64,000 nt of DNA from Candidatus Omnitrophota bacterium (GTDB lineage: Bacteria; Omnitrophota; Gorgyraeia; VGKN01), in NCBI GenBank assembly GCA_043800345.1, contig JAZDNB010000035.1, forward strand, positions 10,430 through 74,429. The letters are read 5' to 3'. Under the pieces are notes generated by a model. The model did no database searches, was not told where the DNA came from, and saw only the letters and a list, made by a program, of their open reading frames with translations. The position numbers and the translations under genes are program-made. This document shows positions 1 to 9,187 of this stretch, one piece after another. Each line of letters starts with the position of its first letter. The stretch's first letter is position 1.

Positions 1-859
1 GAATTTTGCCGCTATGCGGCATGACCGCATTATGCGCCCGGGCAAGCCTTGTCATACTGTCTAATAATATTACCACATCTTTTTTATGTTCCACAAGTCT
101 CTTTGCTTTTTCAAGCACAATTTCAGCAACCTGCACATGCCGCTCGGGAGGTTCATCAAATGTGGAACTTATAACCTCTGCCTTGACCGAACGCTGCATA
201 TCGGTCACCTCTTCAGGCCGTTCATCTATTAAAAGGATTATGAGTATTACCTCGGGGTGATTCTTAGTAATACTATTTGCTATTTTCTGCAAGAGGATGG
301 TCTTACCGCTATAAGGCGGGGCTACGATAAGGCCGCGCTGGCCTTTCCCCAGCGGAGTAAGCAGGTCTATAATTCTTGTAGAAACTTCCTTTTGCTCCGT
401 TTCAAGAATAAATCTTTCATGCGGATACAGCGGCGTCAAATTATCAAATAATACCTTTTCTTTTATATTCTCGGGATTTTCATAATTTACCGCTTCAACC
501 TTAAGGAGCGCAAAATATCTTTCTCCCTCTTTAGGCGGTCTAATTTGACCGCTTACAATATCTCCTGTCCGTAAATCAAACTTTCTTATTTGACTTGGCG
601 ATACATAGATATCATCGGGACACGGAAGATAATTGTAGTTTGGGCTTCTTAAAAAACCAAAACCATCCTGAAGTGTTTCAAGTACGCCTTCCCCGAAGAT
701 AAGGCCGTTTTTCTGTGCCTGGCCTTGCAATATCTTAAATATCAGATCTTGCTTCGTGATGCTGGTTATATCATTTATCTCTAATGATTTCGCTATTTTA
801 TTTAACTCTGAAATCTTTTTGTTTTTTAAATCATCTATGTTGAGATTCACCGTATCCAT
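1..859 (-). CDS. rho: Transcription termination factor Rho (partial; 3' end beyond left edge)
   Basis: Absent from the ORF track because it runs off the edge. Minus-strand translation from the ATG at 859-857 reads [27 protein letters not shown]. Further in it reads [19 protein letters not shown] (Rho P-loop context) and then [22 protein letters not shown] lies just upstream. Confidence 0.9.
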   Translation of the reverse strand, partial: MDTVNLNIDDLKNKKISELNKIAKSLEINDITSITKQDLIFKILQGQAQKNGLIFGEGVLETLQDGFGFLRSPNYNYLPCPDDIYVSPSQIRKFDLRTGDIVSGQIRPPKEGERYFALLKVEAVNYENPENIKEKVLFDNLTPLYPHERFILETEQKEVSTRIIDLLTPLGKGQRGLIVAPPYSGKTILLQKIANSITKNHPEVILIILLIDERPEEVTDMQRSVKAEVISSTFDEPPERHVQVAEIVLEKAKRLVEHKKDVVILLDSMTRLARAHNAVMPHSGKI

Positions 860-883
860 ATATCCTCCTTATTATACTATAGG

Positions 884-1489
884 TTATCTATGCGGCTTGT
901 TTATAAGATTAAATATTTGTTTAACCTGCATAAACGTATTCGTTTTTCCTGAATTATTATCTATGATAAAGTCGGCAAATCTCATTTTTTCATCAAGGCT
1001 CATCTGCGCGCGCATTCTTTTAACCACGTCTTCTTTAGAAAAACCGAATTTTCTTTTACACCTTCCAATCTGCAGTACCTCATCTGCCTTGACCACAACA
1101 ACCGTATCTACCAGATCCAATAAATGTGCCTCTATTAAAAGGGGGGCATCAATCACAATACAGGCATCATAAGCTTTCAACCCAATCTCGTCCAATCTTT
1201 GTTTTAGGACTTTAAGAACCTCCGGATGTATAATACCACATAAGAGATTGAGCTTATCTTTATTTTCAAAAACTTTTTTCCCTAATTTTTTCCTGTGCAT
1301 TGCTCCCTTTTCATCCACAATAGAATTGCCAAAATGGTTTTTAATCTGGGCGCATAGATACGTATTTTTTCTTAGAAGCTCATGGACTATTTCGTCAAGG
1401 TCTATAACGTACGCCCCTAATTTTTTAAAAAAATCACTGACGGTACTTTTACCTGTTCCTATGCTGCCGGTTACCCCTATTATTTTCAA
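884..1489 (-). CDS. coaE: Dephospho-CoA kinase
   Basis: 201 aa. The N-terminus MKIIGVTGSIGTGKST (P-loop) and overall length are typical of CoaE. Confidence 0.85.
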   Translation of the reverse strand: MKIIGVTGSIGTGKSTVSDFFKKLGAYVIDLDEIVHELLRKNTYLCAQIKNHFGNSIVDEKGAMHRKKLGKKVFENKDKLNLLCGIIHPEVLKVLKQRLDEIGLKAYDACIVIDAPLLIEAHLLDLVDTVVVVKADEVLQIGRCKRKFGFSKEDVVKRMRAQMSLDEKMRFADFIIDNNSGKTNTFMQVKQIFNLINKPHR

Positions 1490-1497
1490 AAAAATCC

Positions 1498-2925
1498 TCA
1501 GCTAGTTAGGCGTGATGAAATAGTAGCAGTGGCATTTTTGGAAATTATGCTCTGGTAAAGTGCTACATATTTTTTTGCCGAACTCTTCCATGAAAAATCA
1601 GCCTTCATCCCGCTCTGAATCATTGATTTCCACAATGTCTTATCTTTATAGAGCTCAAGCGCCTTATCAATCGTAGCTAGCAACTGTTTTGAGGAATACT
1701 CGCTAAATACAAAACCGGTCCCTTCTTTTGGATTTTCGGAGATATCAATTATCGTATCGGCAAGGCCCCCTGTTTTACGAACCAAGGGAACGGTTCCGTA
1801 GCGTAGGCTTATAATCTGTCCGAGTCCGCATGGTTCAAATTTTGAAGGCATAAGAAAGATATCGCTTGATGCATATATCTTTTGTGCTAATGATGCGTCA
1901 TACCCTAGCGTAGCATTGATTTTATGCGGATAACTTTTTTGCGCGGCCCCAAATAACTGGTGATATTTCGGTTCTCCCGTACCAAGAAGAACGAGCTGTA
2001 ACGGTCTCTGTAAGAGTTCATCAAGACATCCCGTTAAGATATCCAGCCCTTTTTGATCGACCAATCTTGAGATAAGACCAAAAAGGGGAACTCTACGAGC
2101 AACCTCTAAGCCTACTTCTTTCTGAAGCGCTCTTTTATTAATATATTTATCTTCAAGCGTTGAAAAGGAATATTTCTTGGGAATAAACTTATCTTTTGCG
2201 GGATTCCACTGGTTATAATCAAGCCCGTTCAATATGCCGTAGAGGTTTTTAGAGCGTTCGGCTAGTAGCCCATGCAGACCACAACCGTATTCATCGGTCT
2301 GTATCTCTTTCGCATAGGTAGGGCTTACGGTAGTAGTGACATCTGAAAATATAATTGCCCCTTTCATGAGATTTACCTTATCGTAAAACTCAAATCCGTT
2401 GATAGTAAAAAAACTCCGATCTATACCGAGCTTAGGATATTGCTCCCTCGGAAAAAGCCCCTGATATGCTAGATTATGTATGGTAAATACCGTCTTTATA
2501 TCTTTATAAAACTCGTCATGATTATACATAAGTCTCAGATATGCGGGGATTAATGCACACTGCCAGTCATTGGCATGTATGACATCGGGTTTAAAATTAA
2601 TTTCCTTAAGAAGCTCCAATATCTTTTTTGAAAAGAAAGAAAACCTATCAAGATTATCCGGGAAATCAACATTTTTTATACCGTATAAACCGTCTCTTGC
2701 AAAATAGGCATCATTTTCTACGAAATATACTTTTATATCTTTTCCAAGCGTAGCAATTGTTTTATCTATTCCTTTATACTTGGGCATTACAATTCTTACA
2801 TCCACTCCCAACTTCTCAAGCGCTAAAGGCAGAGAGCCCGATACGTCAGCCAGCCCTCCCGTTTTCACAAAAGGCAGTACTTCGCTGGAGCAGAATAATA
2901 CTTTTAGAGCCTTTTTCATATACAT
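1498..2925 (-). CDS. glgA: Glycogen/starch synthase (ADP-glucose type)
   Basis: 475 aa. It carries the hallmark N-terminal motif SSEVLPFVKTGGLADV and a GT5/GT1 C-terminal half (KTGGLADTI). The start may be the 1st or 3rd Met. Confidence 0.9.
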   Translation of the reverse strand: MYMKKALKVLFCSSEVLPFVKTGGLADVSGSLPLALEKLGVDVRIVMPKYKGIDKTIATLGKDIKVYFVENDAYFARDGLYGIKNVDFPDNLDRFSFFSKKILELLKEINFKPDVIHANDWQCALIPAYLRLMYNHDEFYKDIKTVFTIHNLAYQGLFPREQYPKLGIDRSFFTINGFEFYDKVNLMKGAIIFSDVTTTVSPTYAKEIQTDEYGCGLHGLLAERSKNLYGILNGLDYNQWNPAKDKFIPKKYSFSTLEDKYINKRALQKEVGLEVARRVPLFGLISRLVDQKGLDILTGCLDELLQRPLQLVLLGTGEPKYHQLFGAAQKSYPHKINATLGYDASLAQKIYASSDIFLMPSKFEPCGLGQIISLRYGTVPLVRKTGGLADTIIDISENPKEGTGFVFSEYSSKQLLATIDKALELYKDKTLWKSMIQSGMKADFSWKSSAKKYVALYQSIISKNATATISSRLTS

Positions 2926-2952
2926 CTCCTTATATGTAGTGTATGTCCCTAC

Positions 2953-5619
2953 TCAGGCCTCCAGCCAATTAAGACCCGATTTTATCGAAACTTTAATGGG
3001 AACGCTTAGGGTAATTACATGTTCCATGATCTCTTTTATAATACCCGCGGCCTTTGGTTCATCTTCCTTGGCACAATCAAATACTAATTCATCGTGCACC
3101 TGTAAAATCATCTTACATTTTAGCTTCTTACTTTGAAATATATTATGTATTTCTATCATGGCAAGCTTAATAAGATCAGCGGCAGAGCCCTGAATGGGTG
3201 TATTGACTGCGGTACGCTCAGCAAATTGCCGAACTTGCATATTGGTATTTGTAATATCGGGAATATAACGCCTTCTATTAAAGATCGTTTTAACAAAGCC
3301 ACATTTTCTGGCAAGTTCAATTTCCTGATCCATATATAGCTTTACCTTGGGGTATCTATTAAAATACGCATCTATAAATTCTTTTGCTTTTTGAGGCTCT
3401 ATACCGAGGTCCTTTGAAAGACCATACGGACTCATTCCGTATACTATGCCGAAATTAACCGTCTTTGCCGTGTCTCGCATCTCTTGAGTAATCTCTTTTT
3501 CCCCTACGCCAAATATGAGACTCGCCGTATAAGCATGAATGTCCACCTCTCTTTTAAATGCATCTATCAATACCTCATCAGTACTCAAATGCGCTAAAAT
3601 TCTCAGTTCTATCTGAGAATAATCTGCCGAAATTAATAGATTGGATTTGCTCGCCGGTATAAAAGCAGCCCTAATTTTTCTTCCTTCTTCGGTTTTGATG
3701 GGGATATTCTGTAGATTGGGGTTTGAACTTGAAAGTCTTCCTGTCTGGGCAACTGTCTGATTAAATGAGGTATGGACTTTCTCTGTTTTTGAATTAATAA
3801 GTTCGGGGAGGGCATCAACATAGGTAGATTTAAGTTTTGAGAGTTCCCTGTATTCCGAGAGTACTTTCGCAATAGGATGAGTTTTTGAAAGTTCCTCAAG
3901 GACTTCCACGTCCGTAGAATACCCTGTTTTTGTTTTCTTAATGACGGGTAATTTCAACTTCTCAAAAAGAATCTCGGACAACTGTTTTGGAGAATTTATA
4001 TTGAAGGTAGCATCTGCCATTTTATAAATGGTGCGCGTTACACAGGTGAGCGTCTCTTCCATCTTAAGAGATAACTTATTAAGTAACTTTGTATCCAGCT
4101 TCACCCCGGCCAACTCCATATCGGCAAGGACATCGATAAGCGGAAGTTCGATATTGCGGAATAAGTCCTCCATTTCATATTGTTTCAGGCGTTCCCCGAG
4201 CAGTTTGCTCAGCCTAAATGTTACATCGGAATCCTGACAGCCATACTTGTAAATCTTTTCTAAATCAACGTCTGCCATGCTGAGTTGACCTTTGCCCTTA
4301 CCCACAAGTTCTTCTATAGAAGTAATCTTGACATTTAAATATTCTATCGCAATATCATCAAGATTATGGTTGGGTTTGGACGGGTTTATCAAATATGAAG
4401 CAACCATGGTATCGAAAGAAATTCCCCGAAGGTCTATCCCGAGGTTTCTTAAAATTATCTTCTCATATTTAATATTTTGGCCTATTTTTTTGTAGCGAAC
4501 ATCTTCAAATATGTTTTTGAGAGACGCAAATACATATTTCGGTTCTAAAAGATATTTCCCCTTATTATAGAGAGCAATATAATATGCCTGTTTCATCTTA
4601 AATGAAAATGATACCCCCACAACTTCTGCCTGTATGGGATCCGTACTCGTCGTCTCAAAGTCAAAAGCAAAAATTTCTTTTTCTTTTAATTTCTTCAAGA
4701 AATCCTCGAAATCCCTCTTTGTCAAGATGAGCCGGTAGTCCAGATCTTCCTGGGTCTGGTGGGACGGGGCGAACTCTTTACTCAGACTTTTAAACTCAAA
4801 CTCTTTGAATAATTCAAACAGGCTTTCTCTCTCTGGTTCTGTGCGCTTCATATCTTCCAATGTAATATCAAGCGGCACATCGCATTTGGTGATGGCAAGT
4901 GTTCTGCTGAGCAAGGCCTTATCTTTATTGCGTTCTATGAGAGATTTAAGTTTTTCGCTCTTAATTTTCCCGATGTTGGTAAGTAGTGTATCAAGGCTTC
5001 CGAAATCCTTTAAAAGACTGAGGGCTGTTTTGTGCCCTATTCCCGGTACGCCCGGTATATTGTCTGAGGAATCCCCCATGAGCGCAATGAGGTCAACGAT
5101 ACCCTTAGGCTCTACGCCGAAGTTCTCTTTAACGGCCTCAGCATCAAAAATCAAACCTTCTTTATATGTATTATAAACCTTTATGTGCTCATCTACGAGC
5201 TGGAGCATATCCTTATCTCCGGTAATAATAAATATTTCCAGCGGTTCGCGGGTTAATTTCTTTACAATGGTCGCCAAAATATCATCCGCCTCAAATCCCT
5301 CCTTTTCAAATATCTTTATGTTGTAGGCGCGCAGGATATCCTTTATGGGATTCAGTTGTGAAACGAGTTCATCAGGCATAGGTTTTCTGTGAATTTTATA
5401 GTCATCATACATAGCATGCCTGAAGGTCGGCCCTTTCAAATCAAACGCAACCGCCACATAGTCGGGTTTTTCAGTTTCGATAATTTTATTGAGCATAGTC
5501 ACAAAACCGTATATTGCGTTTGTGGGACGGCCTTTTGAATTTGAAAGATTCTTTATGGCAAAATATGCCCTATAGCAGAACGAATTTCCGTCTATAATAA
5601 ACAATCTTTTTCTATTCAT
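2953..5619 (-). CDS. polA: DNA polymerase I
   Basis: 888 aa. It has a 5'-3' exonuclease N-terminus (LFIIDGNSFCYRAYFA), a 3'-5' exo-like middle (FAFDFETTS) and polymerase motifs (ADYSQIELRILAH, QVHDELVF). Confidence 0.95.
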   Translation of the reverse strand: MNRKRLFIIDGNSFCYRAYFAIKNLSNSKGRPTNAIYGFVTMLNKIIETEKPDYVAVAFDLKGPTFRHAMYDDYKIHRKPMPDELVSQLNPIKDILRAYNIKIFEKEGFEADDILATIVKKLTREPLEIFIITGDKDMLQLVDEHIKVYNTYKEGLIFDAEAVKENFGVEPKGIVDLIALMGDSSDNIPGVPGIGHKTALSLLKDFGSLDTLLTNIGKIKSEKLKSLIERNKDKALLSRTLAITKCDVPLDITLEDMKRTEPERESLFELFKEFEFKSLSKEFAPSHQTQEDLDYRLILTKRDFEDFLKKLKEKEIFAFDFETTSTDPIQAEVVGVSFSFKMKQAYYIALYNKGKYLLEPKYVFASLKNIFEDVRYKKIGQNIKYEKIILRNLGIDLRGISFDTMVASYLINPSKPNHNLDDIAIEYLNVKITSIEELVGKGKGQLSMADVDLEKIYKYGCQDSDVTFRLSKLLGERLKQYEMEDLFRNIELPLIDVLADMELAGVKLDTKLLNKLSLKMEETLTCVTRTIYKMADATFNINSPKQLSEILFEKLKLPVIKKTKTGYSTDVEVLEELSKTHPIAKVLSEYRELSKLKSTYVDALPELINSKTEKVHTSFNQTVAQTGRLSSSNPNLQNIPIKTEEGRKIRAAFIPASKSNLLISADYSQIELRILAHLSTDEVLIDAFKREVDIHAYTASLIFGVGEKEITQEMRDTAKTVNFGIVYGMSPYGLSKDLGIEPQKAKEFIDAYFNRYPKVKLYMDQEIELARKCGFVKTIFNRRRYIPDITNTNMQVRQFAERTAVNTPIQGSAADLIKLAMIEIHNIFQSKKLKCKMILQVHDELVFDCAKEDEPKAAGIIKEIMEHVITLSVPIKVSIKSGLNWLEA

Positions 5620-5783
5620 TTGAATGCGCTAAGGGTTTAATTTTTAGAATTCAGAAAGGATTATAGAATAAATCTCATTACCTTAGTAACTTCTGAATGG
5701 GGTTGTGTACGATATATATGTAAGAGCGTTATCGACAAGGGACCTGGTAACCTAAATATTCATGCCTAAAACCCTGATGCATA

Positions 5784-7907
5784 TCATAATTTTTCTTTTG
5801 GCGGTAAGATATGGGCAGTAACAAAGATCAAGAGGTTTTTCTTCTGTTTCTGGTCGTATGATCTGCTAAAGAGCATGGTGCCCAAAAGCGGGATGTCTCC
5901 CAGAAGAGGAACTTTATTTTTTGTTTTTGTTTGCGCCTCCTTTATAAGCCCTCCCATAACAATGGTATCACCGTTATCTACCACAAGGCTTGTGGTACAC
6001 CTTCTTGAATCAAAAAGGGGCTGTTCATAGGGTGTGGTTGTGGTACCATAATTTTTCCATTCACCTAATTCGCTGACCTCCGGGGTAAGGGTAAGATTGA
6101 TTGATTTTTTATCCTTGCCCACCGCGGGGGTAACCCTCAGTATAATGCCTACGTCTCTTGTTTTAAAATCTTCGGGTGTAGAGACTGCGTCTTTTACCTT
6201 GACCCCTGCAGCATTATATTCTGCCGCGGTAGTAGTATACTTAGTGGGATATATATATTCTCTGACTACTTTAATGACTGCTTCCTGTCCGTTAATAGTG
6301 GTAACCTTGGGCGCGGAGAGTAGATTATTTCTTGAATCACTTTCTATAGCAGCCATTACAGCCTGAAATTCGGTAAAATCAAGCATCCCGAAGGTAAAAT
6401 CGCTTGTATCGGCATATTTAAAACCTGCACCCGGGTCAGGAGGAAAGTCTTCGCTTGGTTTGCTGAGCGGTAAATAATCTCCTCCCGTGGTTGAACGTTC
6501 AAACGGCGCTGTAGTCGGCCGCGCGGCCCCGCTCACCGTTACCTGCGGGGTCCAGTTTATTCCCAGGTTTTTTAAATCTGTTACGTATATTTCTACAAAT
6601 TTTGCCTCAATCATAATTTGCATGGGAGTAACATCCAACTCATACAAAATTTTTTCTATAATCGAATGGTTTGAGGGGGTATTTCTTACAATGAGCGTTG
6701 AGGTTCTGTTGTCGAGAAATATCTTTGAACCTTCCGGCCACGTCACACAACTTAATAAAATCTCCTTTATAGTGATGGTCACCTGGCCCGATACGCCACC
6801 GGAACCTCCTACCTTCACTCCTTCAAGCGTCGGCATCATTGTTACCGGCGGCATTAAACTAGTAACCGCGGCGGTAGTAGACCCATCCTGAGTAGACGTG
6901 GTTGTAGTTGTGCTCATAAGAGGCGTTGTTGCAACACCTACTTCATTTACTTTAATCGGAGCGGAGGTCGTTACCGTATCGAAGGTAGTAAACGTAGTAA
7001 GGCTTGCCAATCCGTGCGAGAGGCGATATATCCTGGTAGTAAGGTTCTCTTTTGATAGGTTATCGGGGCTGGAAATCCATATAAGATTTTCTTCGACCCG
7101 ATATGTCAGACCCTTTGCCCGTAATACTACTTCCAATGCATCAAGAACGGTAAAATTCTTAAGATGGACCGTGACATTCATTGATGAGGGAATGGCTGTT
7201 TCATCTAACACAATGTTAATTCCGCTTAAATCGGCAAGATAAACGACTACATCCCTAATGTTTGCGCTGTCAAAATCACAGGATGCTAGCATCACACTTG
7301 CCTTTTTTTCTATCTCGGCCAGCGAAGATGTCGTCTGAGAAGCTTCGCTTGTTTCCGGCTTAAGCTCGCTTGGTTTTGTAGACCAGGCTTCTTCAATCTC
7401 TATCAACCTTTCTTTCTCGGTAAGGTCTCTCTCGGCGTTTGCCTTTAACATCGCAATGCGCATTTCGGCTTCTTTTACTTCTTTTATTAACGCCACTACT
7501 CTCGGATTATCCGGCTTGAGGGTCTGGGCTTCCCGGTATTTCTTCAGGGCTCCTTCATAATCGCCTTTTTTAAAGAGCTCCTTACCCTCATCTATTAAAA
7601 CTGCAACGGATTTTTTTGACTCATGAGCGGGAACATCCTTTGCTTCTATGCTGTAGAGAGGCCCTGGCGGAGCTTTTTGTGTTTCTTTGACAGGAGCAAC
7701 GGTTTTTTGACTTATGTCTTTACCTGTTGTTTGGCTATTCTGCGCCTCTTTAGAAATAATAATTTCCCCCGAGAACGTTTCTTCTGCCGAAAGAACAGGC
7801 AAAGAAATGCCCAAGGCTAAAACTATTATGATTATGTTAATTGGATAATAAAAAGAAGTTTGGCGTGTCAATTTTTGATGTATTGTTTGTTTTGTAAATA
7901 GTATCAT
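5784..7907 (-). CDS. Secretin (GspD/PilQ family) with N-terminal TPR-like segment and Thr-rich linker
   Basis: 707 aa. It has an N-terminal hydrophobic anchor/signal and a TPR-like segment (GDYEGALKKYREAQTLKPDNPRV). The C-terminal secretin signature is VPLLGDIPLLGTMLFS...LLIFVTAHIL. It is the last gene of the gsp-like operon. Confidence 0.85.
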   Translation of the reverse strand: MILFTKQTIHQKLTRQTSFYYPINIIIIVLALGISLPVLSAEETFSGEIIISKEAQNSQTTGKDISQKTVAPVKETQKAPPGPLYSIEAKDVPAHESKKSVAVLIDEGKELFKKGDYEGALKKYREAQTLKPDNPRVVALIKEVKEAEMRIAMLKANAERDLTEKERLIEIEEAWSTKPSELKPETSEASQTTSSLAEIEKKASVMLASCDFDSANIRDVVVYLADLSGINIVLDETAIPSSMNVTVHLKNFTVLDALEVVLRAKGLTYRVEENLIWISSPDNLSKENLTTRIYRLSHGLASLTTFTTFDTVTTSAPIKVNEVGVATTPLMSTTTTTSTQDGSTTAAVTSLMPPVTMMPTLEGVKVGGSGGVSGQVTITIKEILLSCVTWPEGSKIFLDNRTSTLIVRNTPSNHSIIEKILYELDVTPMQIMIEAKFVEIYVTDLKNLGINWTPQVTVSGAARPTTAPFERSTTGGDYLPLSKPSEDFPPDPGAGFKYADTSDFTFGMLDFTEFQAVMAAIESDSRNNLLSAPKVTTINGQEAVIKVVREYIYPTKYTTTAAEYNAAGVKVKDAVSTPEDFKTRDVGIILRVTPAVGKDKKSINLTLTPEVSELGEWKNYGTTTTPYEQPLFDSRRCTTSLVVDNGDTIVMGGLIKEAQTKTKNKVPLLGDIPLLGTMLFSRSYDQKQKKNLLIFVTAHILPPKEKL

Positions 7908-7943
7908 TATTAAAGAGTTATGTCAAGGATTTTATGTAAAAAT

Positions 7944-9176
7944 TTATTCTTTTTGTTTATACCGCAACCGCTGGCTACGCAAGTCCTTACTATTGCGCAA
8001 TTCAAGACCTTCTTTTGTAATAGATCGAACCACGATATAATCCAAAATTGTATCCCCTTCTTTAGCAAAGTATGTTTTATTTTGTAAATTTATCTGTGCA
8101 ATTAATGTTCCGTCGGGAAGCTCAATAAAACCTTTGTAGAGGGGAAGGCTTTGTTCGATTTTTGCCTTTTTTTCCTCTGCAGCTTTTTTTATCACTTCCG
8201 GCGGTTCATACTTATTAAAAATATCCCTTTGTATAAGCGCATTATAAGCTACCAACTGCTGCGGGTCGATTGTTTTTACGATTGGAGCTTGCGACTCGGC
8301 ATTTGCATTTTTCAAGACAGGCTCGAAAACCGAAATGTCCAATACCGCCGAGACTGATTTTGTATTCTCTTTCTTTTTCTCAACCGCGATATCATTAACG
8401 ATAAAAAGAGGGTTTAATTTATTTACGTCTATTAAAAAACGCATCAGGCTTGCGGTAGAACACTCACTTGCAAGTTTAAACTCAAACTCCTTTAACAGGG
8501 GGTCCTTGAAATTTTTTGATTCTATTTCTCTCGGCGCCGCTAATTCAATATTCTTTAAAGATTCCATTTTAGAGCGTATCATAAGCATTGTCAGTTCTTT
8601 TACATATGCTAACTGCGGATAAAGAATATCCAGTTCCTCTTTTTTAGGAAGTTTAGTCTCATATACCTCGAAACCGAAAGATTTATCCGAAATAAAAAAA
8701 CCCGATTTTGTTGCCTCGTTTATAATAAGCTGCTGGGTTTTATAAAATGTATCTTTAAAATTAAGCGGCTCGAAATGTTCGGTATTTGGGAAAGCCACCT
8801 GCATAAGCCCAAGCTCCGTTGACACATCTGTGTACTGGGCATTTAACTGAGCAATGTTACTATTCATCGTTTCATATATAAGCCTTGCCTCTTCCAGTTT
8901 ATTTTTTACCGCTACCATAGCAGGGGTTTTTTTGGAGACAGAACCGAGGGTAAGTTTTACATTGGCTAATTCCTGATGCGAAAGGCTGTTAGTATCAAAT
9001 GTATGCGTTGTTATTGAACGCGCCACAAAATTCAGTTTTCCGTCCCGAATGACATACGATACAACACGGTTTAAACACAATAGAGCACCCGCCAAAAAAA
9101 GCAGCATAACAACAAGGACTGTAATAAGATACGAAGGCTTCCTGCGTAATATCAATTTTATATCGGCGGTTTTCAT
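7944..9176 (-). CDS. Bitopic inner-membrane assembly protein; PilO/GspM-like domain fused to a PilP/GspC-HR-like C-terminal beta domain
   Basis: 410 aa with one N-terminal TM (YLITVLVVMLLFLAGALLCL) and a coiled-coil region. A PilO/GspM-like segment follows (EFEFKLASECSTASLMRFLIDVNKLNPLFIVNDIAV). The C-terminal YKGFIELPDGTLIAQINLQNKTYFAKEGDTILDYIVVRSI resembles PilP/GspC HR domains. The gene sits between the PilMN fusion and the secretin. Domain calls are by eye only. Confidence 0.5.
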   Translation of the reverse strand: MKTADIKLILRRKPSYLITVLVVMLLFLAGALLCLNRVVSYVIRDGKLNFVARSITTHTFDTNSLSHQELANVKLTLGSVSKKTPAMVAVKNKLEEARLIYETMNSNIAQLNAQYTDVSTELGLMQVAFPNTEHFEPLNFKDTFYKTQQLIINEATKSGFFISDKSFGFEVYETKLPKKEELDILYPQLAYVKELTMLMIRSKMESLKNIELAAPREIESKNFKDPLLKEFEFKLASECSTASLMRFLIDVNKLNPLFIVNDIAVEKKKENTKSVSAVLDISVFEPVLKNANAESQAPIVKTIDPQQLVAYNALIQRDIFNKYEPPEVIKKAAEEKKAKIEQSLPLYKGFIELPDGTLIAQINLQNKTYFAKEGDTILDYIVVRSITKEGLELRNSKDLRSQRLRYKQKE

Positions 9177-9187
9177 AGCTTGTCCGT

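Noticed and set aside
3633-3899. Minus-strand ORFs nested in other frames of larger genes (3633-3899, 11726-11989, 15699-15881, 25993-26229, 35029-35226, 36232-36417, 43741-44004, 47152-47340)
   Set aside because: Each is fully contained within, or largely overlaps, a longer gene with clear family motifs. None has a recognisable motif or ribosome-binding site.
5620-5783. Inverted repeat ATTCAGAA...TTCTGAAT downstream of the cluster-1 secretin, considered as an intrinsic terminator
   Set aside because: The loop is ~34 nt, the stem is AT-rich and only 8 bp, and no T-tract follows. This is not convincing as a terminator.
6850-7020. Thr-rich region of the secretin, considered as a DNA tandem repeat or contingency locus
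   Set aside because: The nucleotide sequence shows no unit repetition (varied ACN/GTN codons on the coding strand). It is low complexity at the protein level only.
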